From the NCBI GenBank assembly GCA_964016885.1, contig OZ024741.1, positions 278,070,001 to 278,134,000 of the forward strand: DNA of 64,000 nucleotides, written 5' to 3'. How positions within the stretch are numbered: position 1 is the stretch's first letter; each line of letters starts with the position of its first letter. The DNA comes from Eledone cirrhosa. Taxonomy: Eukaryota. A model generated the notes under the pieces. The model was not told where the DNA came from. It ran no database searches and was given only the letters and a program-made list of their open reading frames with translations. Position numbers and translations under genes: made by a program. Positions 1-12,929 of the stretch are shown here, piece by piece.

Positions 1-1371
1 CTACACCCCAGTCTAGGTGGTATATCTCAGCTGTGGGGGAGGGAGTGACAGACTCTACACCCCAGTCTAGGTGGTATATCTCAGCTGTGGGGGAGGGAGT
101 GACAGACTCTACACCCCAGTCTAGGTGGTATATCTCAGCTGTGGGGGAGGGAGTGACAGACTCTACACCCCAGTCTAGGTGGTATATCTCAGCTGTGGGG
201 GAGGGAGTGACAGACTACACCCCAGTCTAGGTGGTATATCTCAGCTGTGGGGGAGGGAGTGACAGACTCTACACCCCAGTCTAGGTGGTATATCTCAGCT
301 GTGGGGGAGGGAGTGACAAACTCTACACCCCAGTCTAGGTGGTATATCTCAGCTGTGGGGGAGGGAGTGACAGACTCTACACCCCAGTCTAGGTGGTATA
401 TCTCAGCTGTGGGGGAGGGAGTGACAGACTCTACACTCCAGTCTAGGTGGTATATCTCAGCTGTGAGGGAGGGAGTGACAGACTACACCCCAGTCTAGGT
501 GGTATATCTCAGCTGTGGGGGAGGGAGTGACAGACTCTACACCCCAGTCTAGGTGGTATATCTCAGCTGTGGGGAGAGAGTGACAAACTCTACACCCCAG
601 TCTAGGTGGTATATCTCAACTGTGGGGGAGGGAGTGACAGACTCTACACCCCAGTCTAGGTGGTATATCTCGGCTGTGAGGGAGGGAGTGACAGACTACA
701 CCCCAGTCTAGGTGGTATATCTCAGCAGTGGGGGAGGGAGTGACAAACTCTACACCCCAGTCTAGGTGGTATATCTCAGCTGTGGGGGAGGGAGTGACTG
801 ACTACACCCCAGTCTAGGTGGTATATCTCAGCTGTGGGGGAGGGAGTGACAGACTCTACACCCCAGTCTAGGTGGTATATCTCAGCTGTGGGGGAGGGAG
901 TGACAGACTCTACACCCCAGTCTAGGTGGTATATCTCAGTTGTGGGGGAGGGAGTGACGGACTACACCCCAGTCTAGGTGGTATATCTCAGCTGTGGGGG
1001 AGGGAGTGACTGACTACGCCCCAGTCTAGGTGGTATATCTCAGCTGTGGGGGAGGGAGTGACTGACTACACCCCAGTCTAGGTGGTATATCTCAGCTGTG
1101 GGGGAGGGAGTGACAGACTCTACACCCCAGTCTAGGTGGTATATCTCAGCTGTGGGGGAGGGAGTGACAGACTCTACACCCCAGTCTAGGTGGTATATCT
1201 CAGTTGTGGGGGAGGGAGTGACAAACTCTACACCCCAGTCTAGGTGGTATATCTCAGCTGTGGGGGAGGGAGTGACTGACTGACTACACCGCAGTCTAGG
1301 TGGTATATCTCAGCTGTGGGGGAGGGAGTGACAGACTCTACACCCCAGTCTAGGTGGTATATCTCAGTTGT
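1..1371. repeat. 54-bp GC-rich minisatellite, ~25 copies, runs off the left edge
   Basis: Unit CTACACCCCAGTCTAGGTGGTATATCTCAGCTGTGGGGGAGGGAGTGACAGACT repeated head-to-tail; 52-bp variants lack one CT; few substitutions. Confidence 0.97.
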
Positions 1372-2246
1372 GCCTCATGAATAAGATGATGAAAGTATTG
1401 CCACAGAGAACAGTCAGTAACACCACATATTAGCTAAAATGTATAAAATTGCGATCCTTTAAAAGTTATGTAATGCACCTGTCTGAGATCTGTGTCCTAG
1501 GTTGCTGTTTCGTTGGCCATAAAGGCTGTACCAGCCCTGGTGCAATCAGTTTATTTGGCTAAAAGCTGGTAAAACTAAAGCGAACAAAATCATATGAAAT
1601 ACACTATACACCTCTTATCATATTACGATAACTTTGTTGATGGAACCAACATCTGTCATGTTAGTATTACACACATCATTATAGACATATTGATGATGAT
1701 GATAATGGTGATGAACACAACATGTCATTATGTTGGTAAATCAGTCTAGGGTAAATAAATATATTTATATAGTTGCTATATTTCTTAAAATAAAGTGTAA
1801 CTGTCCAGAACACAAGTTCACACACATATGCATATACACACACACACACACACACACACATACATATATATATATAAAATCATTCATACATCTACATGCA
1901 CAGATGTATTTACATCTACACACATACATGCACACAGATGTATAATCACTCACACATATATATGTATCTACACCTACACACATACACATGTATCTGCACA
2001 TATATCTATCAGAATACACACACATATATATATATCAGAAAAATATTAAAGATATGAATATTTAATATATATACATATTACATGCAAATAAGAAAAGAAA
2101 TTAGAAAATAAATTAGTTTTTTATTCTTTCTTATAATATAGGTGGGTTTTCAGAAATAGTCATCATTATGCAATTAGGTTTTGTACTAACTGGTTTTACT
2201 ATAAGTAGCTTTTCAAAGTATAATTTTGATTTGTGCATCCAGTTCA

Positions 2247-2412
2247 TGGTGTAAGGAAGGGCATCCAGCCATTAGAAACCAAGTCAAAAACAGTTCTGCA
2301 AGAACAAGACACAGACACCTGATCTGACATGTCATACAACAGAACAACCTGTTTAACCCATGCTAGTGTGGAAAAATGGATGTTAAATGGTGATGATGAT
2401 GATGATAATGGT
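2247..2412 (+). mobile_element. RTE/SINE-type 3' tail fragment ending in (GAT)n
   Basis: AGGAAGGGCATCCAGC...AACCCATGCTAGTGTGGAAAAATGGATGTTAAATGGTGATGATG matches the 3' end of the young RTE at 45-48 kb. Similar tails occur near 7250, 8775, 9790, 12870, 16000, 20170-20320 and 22925. Confidence 0.75.
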
Positions 2413-2669
2413 GGTGGTGGTTTAGGTGTGCAAATGAGAAGAAACACAAATCAAGACCCGTGAGTACCTATTCTAAAACAGGGACACACAAGGGGTTTTT
2501 TTTCTTTTACACATGTAAATTTATTTACAATGTATCTATACATTTAATGCCTCTGTGTTTTAATTAAAAAAATAATAATAATTTCTGATTTAGACACAAG
2601 TAGGCATGAAAATAATGATGATGGACATTGAATTAATATATAATTTGAGGATGAACTATGTTTTTCATA

Positions 2670-3048
2670 GATTATATTGACCTCAGTACTTGACTGGTAC
2701 TTTATTTTAGTGGCTTTAGAAGAATGAAAGGCAAAGTTGACTTCAGTGGGATTTTAACTCAGAACATAAAGGGCCAGAACAAACACTTTTAAGTATTTGT
2801 CTATTGATCTAACAACTCAGCCAATCCATTTTTTTCTCTTCTCGATCAACTTTCGTCAAATCGGACCAAGGAAACAATGTTTTTGTCTGTCTTTCCAGTT
2901 GCTAGTACTATCTATCGGTCGCAATTCCAGGTAGAAGGAGCAACGTGAAATAAAGTGTCTTGCTCAAGGACATAACGCATCGCCAGGAATTAAACTCACA
3001 ACCTCAAGATTGTCAATCGAATTCTCTAACGAATCAGCCACATGCCTT
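2670..3048 (-). mobile_element. Two adjacent degraded SINEs (family 1, then a family 2 variant)
   Basis: GAATGAAAGGCAAAGTTGAC...TTAACTCAGAAC (family 1 core) followed by GTGAAATAAAGTGTCTTGCTCAAGGA (family 2 core). Confidence 0.7.
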
Positions 3049-3545
3049 CTCTACCCTTTAAACGCCAATCCATTACCCTTTAAAATAACATACATACACA
3101 TGCATATATATGCATACACATACACACATACATGCACACACATACATTCATCACAGTGAAAACTGCAAACATGGCTATAATAGTGACTAACCCCCTCCCC
3201 CCCCATATTCCACCAAATATAACTGTCTCTCATAAGAAAAAAAGTGACTAACCTTCTCCCCTTTCCCACATATTCTACCCTCTCTTATAAGAATGATATT
3301 CCACCAAATATCACAGCTTCTCTTATAAGAAAGACACACACTCAGGTTATTCTGCTCTGTAAGTTGGTATTATTGATTAATGTTGTCAAGCATAAAGAAC
3401 TAAAGCTGGAGGATTATTTCCAGGATGCAGTGGATAAAATCTGTCTGCAGAAACCATTCAATAGCTGTCCACATTGAAATAGTGTTCTTCTAGCATAAAT
3501 AGATGCTGCATAATAACATTATTATTATATTATTATTAACATTAA

Positions 3546-4135
3546 GGGTGGTCGGTTGGCAGTATCGGTAGAGTGTCAGACACCATGCTTTGCAGCATAG
3601 AGCTATGGCCCTTTACGTTCTGAGATCAAATCGCGCCGAAGTTAGCTTTGCCTTTCATCTCTACGGGGTTGATTTAATCAACTTTCTCCTGCCCCCAAAT
3701 TGCCGGTTCTGTGCCTATAGTAGAAATCATTATTATTATTTGGATTGGCAGTATCGATAGAGCATCAGACGACATGCTTTGTGGCATACAGTTACGGTCC
3801 TTTATGTTCTGAGTTCAAAATCCTACCGAGGTTAGCTTTGCCTTTCATCCTTATGGGGGTCGATAAAATAAAGCACCAGAACACACAGGGATCAATTTAA
3901 TCAACTTTCCCCTCCCCTAAAATTGTTGACCTTGAGCCTAAATCAGAAATCATTATTTGGATTGGCAGTATCAGTAGAGCTTCGGACAATATGCTTTGTG
4001 AAATATAGTTACATCCATTTACATTCTGAGTTCAAATCTTGCCAAGGTTAGCTTTGCCTTTCATCCCTATGGGGTCAATAAAATAAGGTACCAGTAATGT
4101 ACTGGGTTGATTTAATCAACCCCCATCCCACCCCA
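3546..4135 (+). mobile_element. Three head-to-tail copies of tRNA-derived SINE family 1 (MetaSINE-like core)
   Basis: Each unit has an A-box-like TGGCAGTATCGG, a B-box-like GAGTTCAAATC and the core GTTAGCTTTGCCTTTCATCC...GGGGTCGATAAAATAAAG.ACCAG; (ATT)n tails separate the units, which start at ~3546, 3741 and 3958. Confidence 0.85.
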
Positions 4136-5224
4136 AAAAGGTGGTACATCTCAGCTGCACACCACAGACAAAATGTTGAACATATTGCTGCAGAGAACAG
4201 CCAGTAACACCCACTACATCAGCCACTTCACTTCATAGAGCTGCTTTCAATATAAGTTAAGTTCTCTCTGACCTAAGTTTTCAACATAGTTAGTTTCAGT
4301 TCCATTACTGCAAATATTTCCACTTGTATTCCTAATCTTTATTAAATAAGGCACAAATACCCTATATTCTTGTATCTATTCAAAATGCTACATGATCATA
4401 AATAAAAAAAAACAATCAAAGGGATGATTTTATTCGCTAAAATAGCAGCTAAATCCTCCTCAATTCACATCCTCCAGTGTTAAAAAAAGGATAATGTGGT
4501 CTTAGACATACATTGTCTAAGAGAAGGATCATAGGCCTGTTCATGGTTGACATGATTATAATTCTTAATGCCCTGTACCACATGAAACTATGTCTGCAAG
4601 ACATTCTTGAAAACTACAAAACTGCATTATGACTACATTATATTAGATATTTAGGTCTTGACTTGTTTACTGACCATTTTCACCATGATCTATCCAGTAG
4701 TAAAAATACTATAAACATTTGAATTAACAAACTATTCAAAACCACATTAGCAAAATAGTCTTAAAAAATACAAAACAACTCCATGACTGCATAACATTAA
4801 ACGTCAAAACTTTTACTTTAGTTTTCTACCAATTCTCACAACAATCTGGCCACTAGTTTTGTTTCCATTTCTTGCCCAGTGTCTTCTTGACACCTAGGGC
4901 AAAGAAACTCACTGCATACATTGGTAAGCCACAAGAATAAACACTCCAGATTGTTCACATCTCACACTAAATAGATCATTTGCTATATACATGTGCACAT
5001 TCATCAGCATCATAATTTAATGCCTATTTTTCCACACTTGCATGTGTTATTACAATATGAGACAAGTCAGCTGTTTAAATCCTATTTACAACAGAATGAT
5101 ATTCAATCATATAAGAGTGCTTGATTATTTACAACTTTTATAATTACGGAATATAGTCAAATAAAGTTACTTAAAAAATATTATTACTATTATTATTATT
5201 AAAGGCCAAGTTAACCTCAGTGGT

Positions 5225-5432
5225 ATTGAACCCAGAAGAGACGTAACTGGATGCTTTGTGGCATATAGTTACGTCCCTTTATGTTCTAAATTTAAATGCT
5301 GCTGAGATTAGCTTTGCCTTTCATCCTTATGGGGTTGATAAAATAAAGTACCAGTCATGCACTGGGTTGATTTAATCAACTTTCCCCTCCCCCAAAATTG
5401 CTTGTGCCTAAATAAGAAATTATTATTATTAT
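5225..5432 (+). mobile_element. SINE family 1 copy
   Basis: TTAGCTTTGCCTTTCATCCTTATGGGGTTGATAAAATAAAGTACCAG core plus (ATT)n tail. Confidence 0.8.
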
Positions 5433-5724
5433 CATTTCTGCCTATGAATTTATCTCTCACACTCATTAGTTATTTGCTCTTTGATGCTAATGGTAATTGA
5501 AAAATTATTTACATGGAATTTGACTTTTTCAGTTGGGTACAAGTCAAAGGTAACACAATGAGGTGCTGTTTAACATTTATGTTAATGAGGGACATTACAT
5601 GTAATTACATTGCACAACCAGATATTTCCATAGAAAGCTGCTTTAAGTCTATCGATCAATTTTTTAAATTGCTTATTTATTGACCAATGACTTGGGATTG
5701 GAATTTAGTTGATTGAAACTTGGT

Positions 5725-6330
5725 GCCAAGTCCAGATACATAAGGAATGAACAGACATGTATCCGGAATAAATGCAGCACCACAGGAGACCGAGACACAC
5801 ACATCACACGTTTCTTGGAAGAGCTTAAGCTAAACGGTTACCCGACATTCACTGTGAACCGCATTAGAAATAGGAAACACTGCACATTTCAGTGATGACA
5901 CAACAACAGCCATCCGCAGGGCCATCCAAAGAGAAGGACTGGACTTACAACTAGCTCACTTGGGGCCCTCACTACGCAGACAACTATCTAGGAGACGATC
6001 TAGAGAACACAACAGACGATGCTCGCTGGCCAACTGCCCCATCAATAACACGGACATAGGCCATCAAGCATATGTCATGTACAGAGTGATAAATGTGACA
6101 ACTTCTATATAGGTAGCACCACCAGACATCTACATATCAGGATTAAGGAACACATTAACACTTCCTCATTTAAGAAATACAAAAACACCACCAAAAGAAT
6201 AACAGCAAAGGTTGAAACAAAAGAAAGGAACATCGGTAATCTCAGAATTAAGGAAGTATTAATCATAGCCAGAACACATTCGCAAATCAATAATAGACTA
6301 GAACTAAGCACACAATACCTAACATAGAAC
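5725..6330 (+). mobile_element. Degraded Penelope-like element (RT C-terminus plus GIY-YIG endonuclease)
   Basis: Translates to LKLNGYP (PLE RT thumb motif), then ...FYIGSTTRHLHIRIKEHIN... and LRIKEVLII...INNRLE, the YIG/R/E/N motifs of PLE GIY-YIG nucleases; frameshifted. Confidence 0.8.
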
Positions 6331-6874
6331 TAGGTACACAACACCTAACTTACAAGGCCACAGGACTCCACACATAAAGGCACAAATAGGCCCACTTACG
6401 AGCACATTATCCATCTGGGTGAAATCGTGTATTTGCATTAATGTGTTTACACACACATGTATACATGTGAGTGTCGGTGCAGATTAGTATATATGCGTCT
6501 AAGCGGATTTAAAGGGAAACAACTCTGTGCCCCTTGACCTGTCCAGACTGTAATTTTAAAACAAAAGAGGTTTGAAAAAAAAAATAATGATTTCATTTAT
6601 TGGCCACAAGGGCCACAGAAAAAAATAATAAAACCACTTCGGCCCAGCATGGTATAGCAAGCCACATTGGACACTGGAATAGTTCCTTTATTTTTCTCAG
6701 AAAAAGAGATATTAATCTCGAAATATCAGGACATATGAATAAATTAATGTAAAAAAAACAACCCGTTTCTTATGATTGATTATTTTCTATCCAAACCCAC
6801 ACTGTCATGGCTTTCAAACTTCGAATTTTTTATACCATATACAATGCTTCAAGTAAACTACAAATTCCTTCTAT

Positions 6875-7228
6875 ATTCATTCATTCATTCATTCATTCAT
6901 TTCATTTTACGTCTGCTTTTTCCCTGCTTGCAAGGGTGGGATGGAAACTGATTCTGGCTTGATTTCTACAGCTGGATGCCCTTCCTAACACCAACCTCAT
7001 TTACAGTGAGTGCTGGGTGCCTTTTTGCCATGGCACCTCTACGACCACTTTGCAGTGGAATGATAGGGACCCCAATCCCTATCATCTCATTTCTACAGCT
7101 GAGTAAACTGGAGCAATGTGAAATAAAGTGTCTTGCTCAAGGAAACAACACATCACCCGGTCTGAGAATTGAACTCACAACCTTTTGATTGCAAGGCCAA
7201 TGCTCTAACCACTAAGCCATGTGCCTCC
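6875..7228 (-). mobile_element. Full-length tRNA-derived SINE family 2 (CORE-like centre, RTE-like tail)
   Basis: Minus strand: GGAGGCACATGGCTTAGTGGTTAGAGC (A box), GTGAGTTCAATTC (B box), CCTTGAGCAAGACACTT core, RTE-like 3' end and (GAAT)n tail. Confidence 0.9.
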
Positions 7229-7418
7229 ATTGTATATATGTATATATCATTACCGTTTTTATGTAGACTTTTTCATGCTGGTATGGGTTGGATGGAACTT
7301 TGTGCAGCAATGTTTTACAGCAGGATGCCCTTCCTGACACTAACCCTTTTAGTAATTTCATACGACATGCGAGAATACAGTACACTTATTCTAAACTGGA
7401 TACACACAGCCTATATAC

Positions 7419-7450
<32 letters not shown>

Positions 7451-7564
7451 ATGTGCGTGTGTGTTAACGTTAGTGTCTGTGTCTTTATCGCACAACTTAG
7501 CGGATCAAAAAAAAAAAAGAAAAAATGATAAAATAAGCAGAGTAGAAGAACAAATACTGTAAAG

Positions 7565-7719
7565 CAGGCACGGGCAACCTTTTACGAGCAGTGGGCCACA
7601 GGATGTGGTTCAGCATAAGGTGGGCTGCACCACTAAAAAAAATTCAAAGCAATGCTGAAATTCACAAAGCCAAACGGGCTGCACGTGCTCACAGGCTGCA
7701 GTTTGCCTATGACTGCTTG
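7565..7719. mobile_element. hAT-type MITE inserted in a SINE remnant
   Basis: Imperfect TIRs CAGGCACGGGCAAC / GTTTGCCTATGACTG; 8-bp direct repeat CTGTAAAG at 7557-7564 and 7720-7727 (4 extra nt on the right). Confidence 0.7.
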
Positions 7720-7839
7720 CTGTAAAGCATTCTATCTGATGCTCTAACAGTTCATAACAATTTATCACCTCCATATTTACCTCTCCACCACTACATCAAA
7801 CTCATCTGCTATCTGCCACAGGTAAATAAAATTAACAAT

Positions 7840-8490
7840 TTACAATGCATTCTACATGTAAATGGAGTTCCACCGAAGCAGGTAGAGAAATCCAACTATC
7901 TTGGGGTTGTGTTGGAAGGCAGGAGGCTGAAATAATTGCAAGAATTGCAGGAGCTGGTGCAGTAATGCGCCACCTTCAGCATTCAGAAGAAGATAGGTAG
8001 GAGTAAAAGACAAACTCGCTATCTTCAATTTGGTATTTGTACCAACCCTTACCTATGGTCATGAATGTTGGATAATGACTGAAAGAATACGATTGTGAAT
8101 ACAAGCAGCTGAAATGGGGTTACTCCGAAGGGTCTTTGGAGTAACATTACTCGATAGAATGTAAAACTCGGAGATCAGAGAGTCACTCCAGGTAGAGCTG
8201 CTACCTCTCCAAATTGAGATATCACAGCTCCGATACTATGGGCATGTGGTTAGAATGTCTCAGGAAAGAATCGCTGGACAGAACCAACTAGTATGAGACC
8301 CAGGGGTAGACCCTAAGCAAGATGGTTAGATAACATGCATGAGCTTGGCTGGTCTTGCTTGAGGATCAGTTAGAGACAATTGCTTCTGACAGGACCCATT
8401 GGAAGGAGTGTTTGAGGACTCTGCCCCCATGACCCTCTGAAGAAGGAGGAGAAGGAGAGAGGGAGAAGAAGAAAAAGAAGAAAAGAAAGA
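7840..8490 (+). mobile_element. Old 5'-truncated RTE-clade LINE (second family), with stop codons
   Basis: Translates KQVEKSNYLG...VFVPTLTYGHECWIMTE...AEMGLLRRVFGVTLLDR..NSEIRESL...QLRYYGHVVRM...RPRGRP; GA-rich tail. Confidence 0.88.
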
Positions 8491-8533
8491 ATTTTTGAAT
8501 TTACTAAGTGCTGAGGAGATACATTTCTAAGAA

Positions 8534-8703
8534 CATGTAGGCAGCTTAGATACAGAAAATAACTGCAATTATAGCCAGTTGCTATAAAGTAGCTTATAAA
8601 AATCAGGCTTTCTGTCTCTAAGGATCTTTACCAAATTTTTATAAGCTACTTTAAAGCAACTGACTTTAATTGCAGTTATTTTCAGCATCTGACCTTCCTA
8701 CAT
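8534..8703. repeat. Imperfect ~70-bp inverted repeat with ~30-nt loop (MITE-like hairpin)
   Basis: CATGTAGG...AATAACTGCAATT...AAAGTAGCTTATAAAAAT pairs with ATTTTTATAAGCTACTTT...AATTGCAGTTATTTTC...CCTACAT. Confidence 0.8.
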
Positions 8704-9954
8704 CTTATAAATTAACTTTTTAATTTTTACATATTGTAAATCAGCCAGAATAATATTCCATGTATCTTTGTATCATCATCATCATCATTGACATTTTAAC
8801 AGCTGCTTTCTCTGCTAGCAAGGGTTGGATGGGTCCACCACAGACCAAGTCAGTAAGGAAGTGGATCCACTGATCTCTCAGACAGGCCAGGGATCTATGT
8901 CTCGCTTATATATGATCTCACGTTCCACACAATGAATTTCCTACAACCGTCATGTTGCAACAATAAGTTAGCTTTCCAATCAGTTTCCTGGGTTCTAACC
9001 CTACATTTCGACCCTGTAAATAATAATTTCTCCAAAGTTACTCATACAATTAATCCAGTATGTCATCAGTACATACATGCTGAACATTTATGTAATTATA
9101 TCCTGGAAATATATCATTAAAATATTGTTTTATCTTTAATTACTTCCACATGTCAGTAATCAACATAAACTATCGGGTTTCTGTTATGCAAATCATTATT
9201 TTATCAAAATGCAAATATCCCACTTTGTATATTGTTCATATGTCCAGTAATCTTGGTATATATATATATGACATAGCAATCCAGGAGTCCAAAAATGTTA
9301 TTATGTTTAATACTGTTGTCCTCATTATTAATTGCACAGGTCAACTAATGTTAAATAATTTCATTAAATATATATTTCTGTTTCATATATTTACAGTAAT
9401 TTCTGTAATTTTGTTGCAGTTTATCATACAGTATTCATTCAATCTTTAATGGTTTCAGTCATTAGACTGTGGCCATGCTGGGGCACCATTTTGATTTAGT
9501 TGATCATATCAACCGCAATACTTATTTTTTCTAGTCTGACATTTACTTTATCAATCGCGTATTTGTTGCATTGTTAACTTATGAGACATAGACACAGGTT
9601 GAGACACACACACATTTATGATAGGTTTCTGCAGTTACCATCTATATATTAAATACACTCTTTAAAGTGGTTGACAACTGAATGGAGATTGTATATGGTA
9701 AAGAGGACTCTTTGGTCTTGTTGAGGACATGATAACCTCTCTGGTGCCAGGGCCACAGTAAAATGCACTTACGACACTCTGTAAACTGGTTGGTGTTAGG
9801 AAGGGTATCTATACCAATACAGGCAACATAACTCAGAATAAGAGCTGACTAAGATCAGGACAACCCGTCCAACCCATGCCAGTAGGGAAAGTGAATGTAA
9901 AATGGTGATGATTTTGTCAGATACTCTAATGATTTTGCTGATCCACTATAATAG

Positions 9955-10165
9955 TGGTTTCTGATTTAGGCACAAGGCCAACAATTTTGTGGGAGGAGGA
10001 GAAGATTGATTAAATCAACCCCAGTGCATTACTGGTACTTTATTTTATCAACTCTGTAAGGATGAAAGGTATAGCTAATCTTGGCAGGATTTGAACTCAG
10101 AACATAAAGGGACATAACTACATGCCACAAACCATGTCCAGTGCTCTACCGATTACTGCCAATCA
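9955..10165 (-). mobile_element. SINE family 1 copy (further partial copies at ~10530-10640 and 10922-11028)
   Basis: CTGGTACTTTATTTTATCAAC...GGATGAAAGG...GATTTGAACTCAGAAC is the reverse complement of the family 1 core and B box. Confidence 0.8.
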
Positions 10166-10299
10166 GCTATAAAAATAATTCTTTCTAACATTAGCACAAG
10201 ACCAGCAATTTGGGAGAAAGGGAAAGTTGATTATATCAACTGCAGTTCTTTCTTTTTTGTTTTATTCATTTCAAGCTAAACAATAAAGCCACTAAAATG

Positions 10300-10515
10300 A
10301 AAGGGGTTACCAAGAAGGAAACAAAAAAAAAAGAAAACAGAGAGAACATAATTCAAAGAGATGACGATTGAGGTTGCTTTTGAACTTTTGTAAATTGTAG
10401 TGGTCAGGAAAGCAAGAAGCTGGAAGAGATTTCCACAGGTCAGAATAGAATTTGTGATTGCATTTAGGTACTTCATCTGTAAATGGGTAAGATCTAGCCA
10501 CCAATCAGGCACTCC
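10300..10515 (-). mobile_element. CR1/L2-group LINE 3' fragment
   Basis: LWKSLPASCFPDHYNLQKFKSNLNRHL matches the WN.LP...F.....FK C-terminal motif of CR1/L2 ORF2. Confidence 0.75.
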
Positions 10516-11461
10516 ATATATATAAACTTAACTGATACTTTATTTTATCAACTGCAACCTTGGAAGGATGAAAAGCAAAGTTAACCTTCAAGAGATTTGA
10601 ACTCAGAATGTAAAGAAACAAAAAGCATTTATCTAATGATACTGCCTAAATATATTCCACTATTTTCTTTTTTACTGGCTTGATGTGTTCACAATTGGCA
10701 GTCTTTGTTACTGTTAAGCACTCAACCATGAAGTAGGAGTGGAACTTCTACTTCACTGATCTGGAGTAGCAGTGATTTCTAAAACAGCCCCTAGGTAACA
10801 CTTGATTAGGGGTGTGGCAACACTTGATAGTTACTTATATTTTATTGACCCTGGAAGGAGGAAAGACAATTACGATAAGGATAATAATAAAAGTTTCTTT
10901 ATTCAATATTATTAATTAATAATTGTTTCTACTTTTGGCACAAGGCCAGCAATTACCCAGTACATTACTGGTACTTTATTTTATCGACCCCGTAAGGATG
11001 AAAGGCAAAGTTAACCTCGACGGGATTTTTAATAATAATAATAATGGTTTCGTTATTCAATATTATCAATTAATAAAAATAATCATTAAGAGAAACTTAC
11101 ACATCCTATTTAGTATAAAACAGATTACATCCTAGCACAATAAAACATTATTGATGTGAGCTAAGTGTTTTATTTGAACATATTACCTTTCTTTACAGAA
11201 AATGACAGGCAATAGTCTTTATCATAAAACACAAGTATCGTGTGACAACCACTTTGTGCTAGATTTGTTTGGCAAATGGTAATTTGATATCTTCCTCCCT
11301 ACCTCTTGGTCAGTACTCAAACAGCTATCTAAATGTCTTCCAACCTGTTCTTACCCTGGCTATCACATATTCAGAGCACTCTCTTAATGCTGATTAGGAG
11401 CTAGGTAACAAAAACTGTGTCAGCAACTTCCTCTCAGACAATTGAAGCAATTTATTTCATA

Positions 11462-11912
11462 CTAGCAGTGGAACGCGGGCTGCCAACAGACCTAATCGTG
11501 GAAAAACTGCATGCCTGGACAACATGTAAAGAAAATAAACCGAATACTCTGATGGCTGGATAATCTTTAAGATTTTCCTTGATGAAGCAGGAAAAATGCA
11601 GGTTTTCACCTAATGCGGGCCCTAGGGGATCAAGAAAATTAATTTTGTTATGTGCATAATATGCCTTGAAATTTCAGGAAAATCGGCTAGACGTAACGCC
11701 TCAAAACAGCCCTAAAAAGCTGAAAAAATGAAGTTTTTCACCTAATGCGGGCCCTAGTGGATCAAAAAGTTGAATTTTTTATGTGCATAACACTCTGAAA
11801 CATAAGTAATATACATGTAAAATTTGAAAAAAATCGGTTGGGTACTTCTCGAGTTTTAGGGATTAAAACTCAGACACACACAGACAGACATCCTCAGTTT
11901 TATATATATAGA
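11462..11912 (-). mobile_element. Non-autonomous Helitron
   Basis: Minus strand A|TCTATATATATAAAACTGAGG...CCACTGCTAG|T: 5' TC, 3' CTAG, AT target; homologous to 14101-14899. Confidence 0.85.
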
Positions 11913-12425
11913 TGTGCTCATAGTGCTTACTTCTCCTGTACATCTGCTGTATACAACATCTGTCTACTCTGTTAACCTGCCTATAGTGTCACAACATCTT
12001 GTGTTTCTATAGATTATACTGTGTGCACCATATGGAATGTCTGACCAGCCCTTTTCAAGATATCAAACAAGACCACTTCTCTGACAGCAGCAGGTTCCTG
12101 TTTTCTTACCTACTTATTAGGACTTTAGACTTCGCTAAGTTTACTTTTAATTTTAAGCCTTTCGATTCTAGGATTGTCTTCCATGTATGGAATTTCACCT
12201 CTAGCCCTCTCCCATGGATTCAATTATAATATAAGAGTTCCCATGGGCAGCCAGTCATAAACTTCTCTGATATGACCTAAAGAGCAATGAAGAACAGAAG
12301 TGGACTGGTGACTGAATGTCAGGTACAGAGGTTTACTTTTAGCTAAGTACTTTTCCTGCAGTTGTCTCTTGAGGAAGTGAGCATTGGTAGTGCTTCTACC
12401 TAGCATAAAGCTGAACTGCATCTCA
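11913..12425 (-). mobile_element. Old degraded RTE fragment related to the young PHD-RT family
   Basis: [36 protein letters not shown] aligns to [36 protein letters not shown]; continues through degraded LKVNLAKSKVL and PHD remnants. Confidence 0.85.
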
Positions 12426-12762
12426 ATATGTATGTGTGTATGTACACATGTGTCTGTGTAGATAATATAGAAAGAAAGAAATGTGCGTGTGCATATATAT
12501 GTAAACAATCTGTTTGTATGTGTGTATATATATGTATATTATGTTTATGCAGTATGTGTATTTTTATAAGTGTGTACATGTGTGTGTGTGTATGTGTGGT
12601 ACGCATGTGCCTGTGTATTTGTGTGTGGTATGCATGTGCTTGTGTATTTGTGTGGTATGTGTGTGCCTGCATATTTGTGTCTGGTGTGTGTATGTGGTAT
12701 GTGTATGTGGTATGTGTGTGCCTGCGTATTTGTGTGTGGTGTGTGTATGTGGTATGTGTTTG
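12426..12762. repeat. GT-rich compound microsatellite
   Basis: Degenerate (GT)n/GTAT/GTGGTAT runs. Confidence 0.85.
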
Positions 12763-12929
12763 TTCTGAGTCATTTAAAAACTGGAAGTAAAAAATGAAGA
12801 CAACAACAAAACATACAATCATCATCATCATCATCATCATCATCACCATCAAAACCACCGTAACCACCACCATTTAACGGCTGTTTTCCCTGCTAGCAAG
12901 GATTAGACAATGAGTTTTTAATATTTGTT

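Noticed and set aside
1-1371. CRISPR array or repeat protein (STPQSRWYISAVGEGVTD)n
   Set aside because: There are no unique spacers, the context is eukaryotic, and the 52-bp variants break the frame repeatedly.
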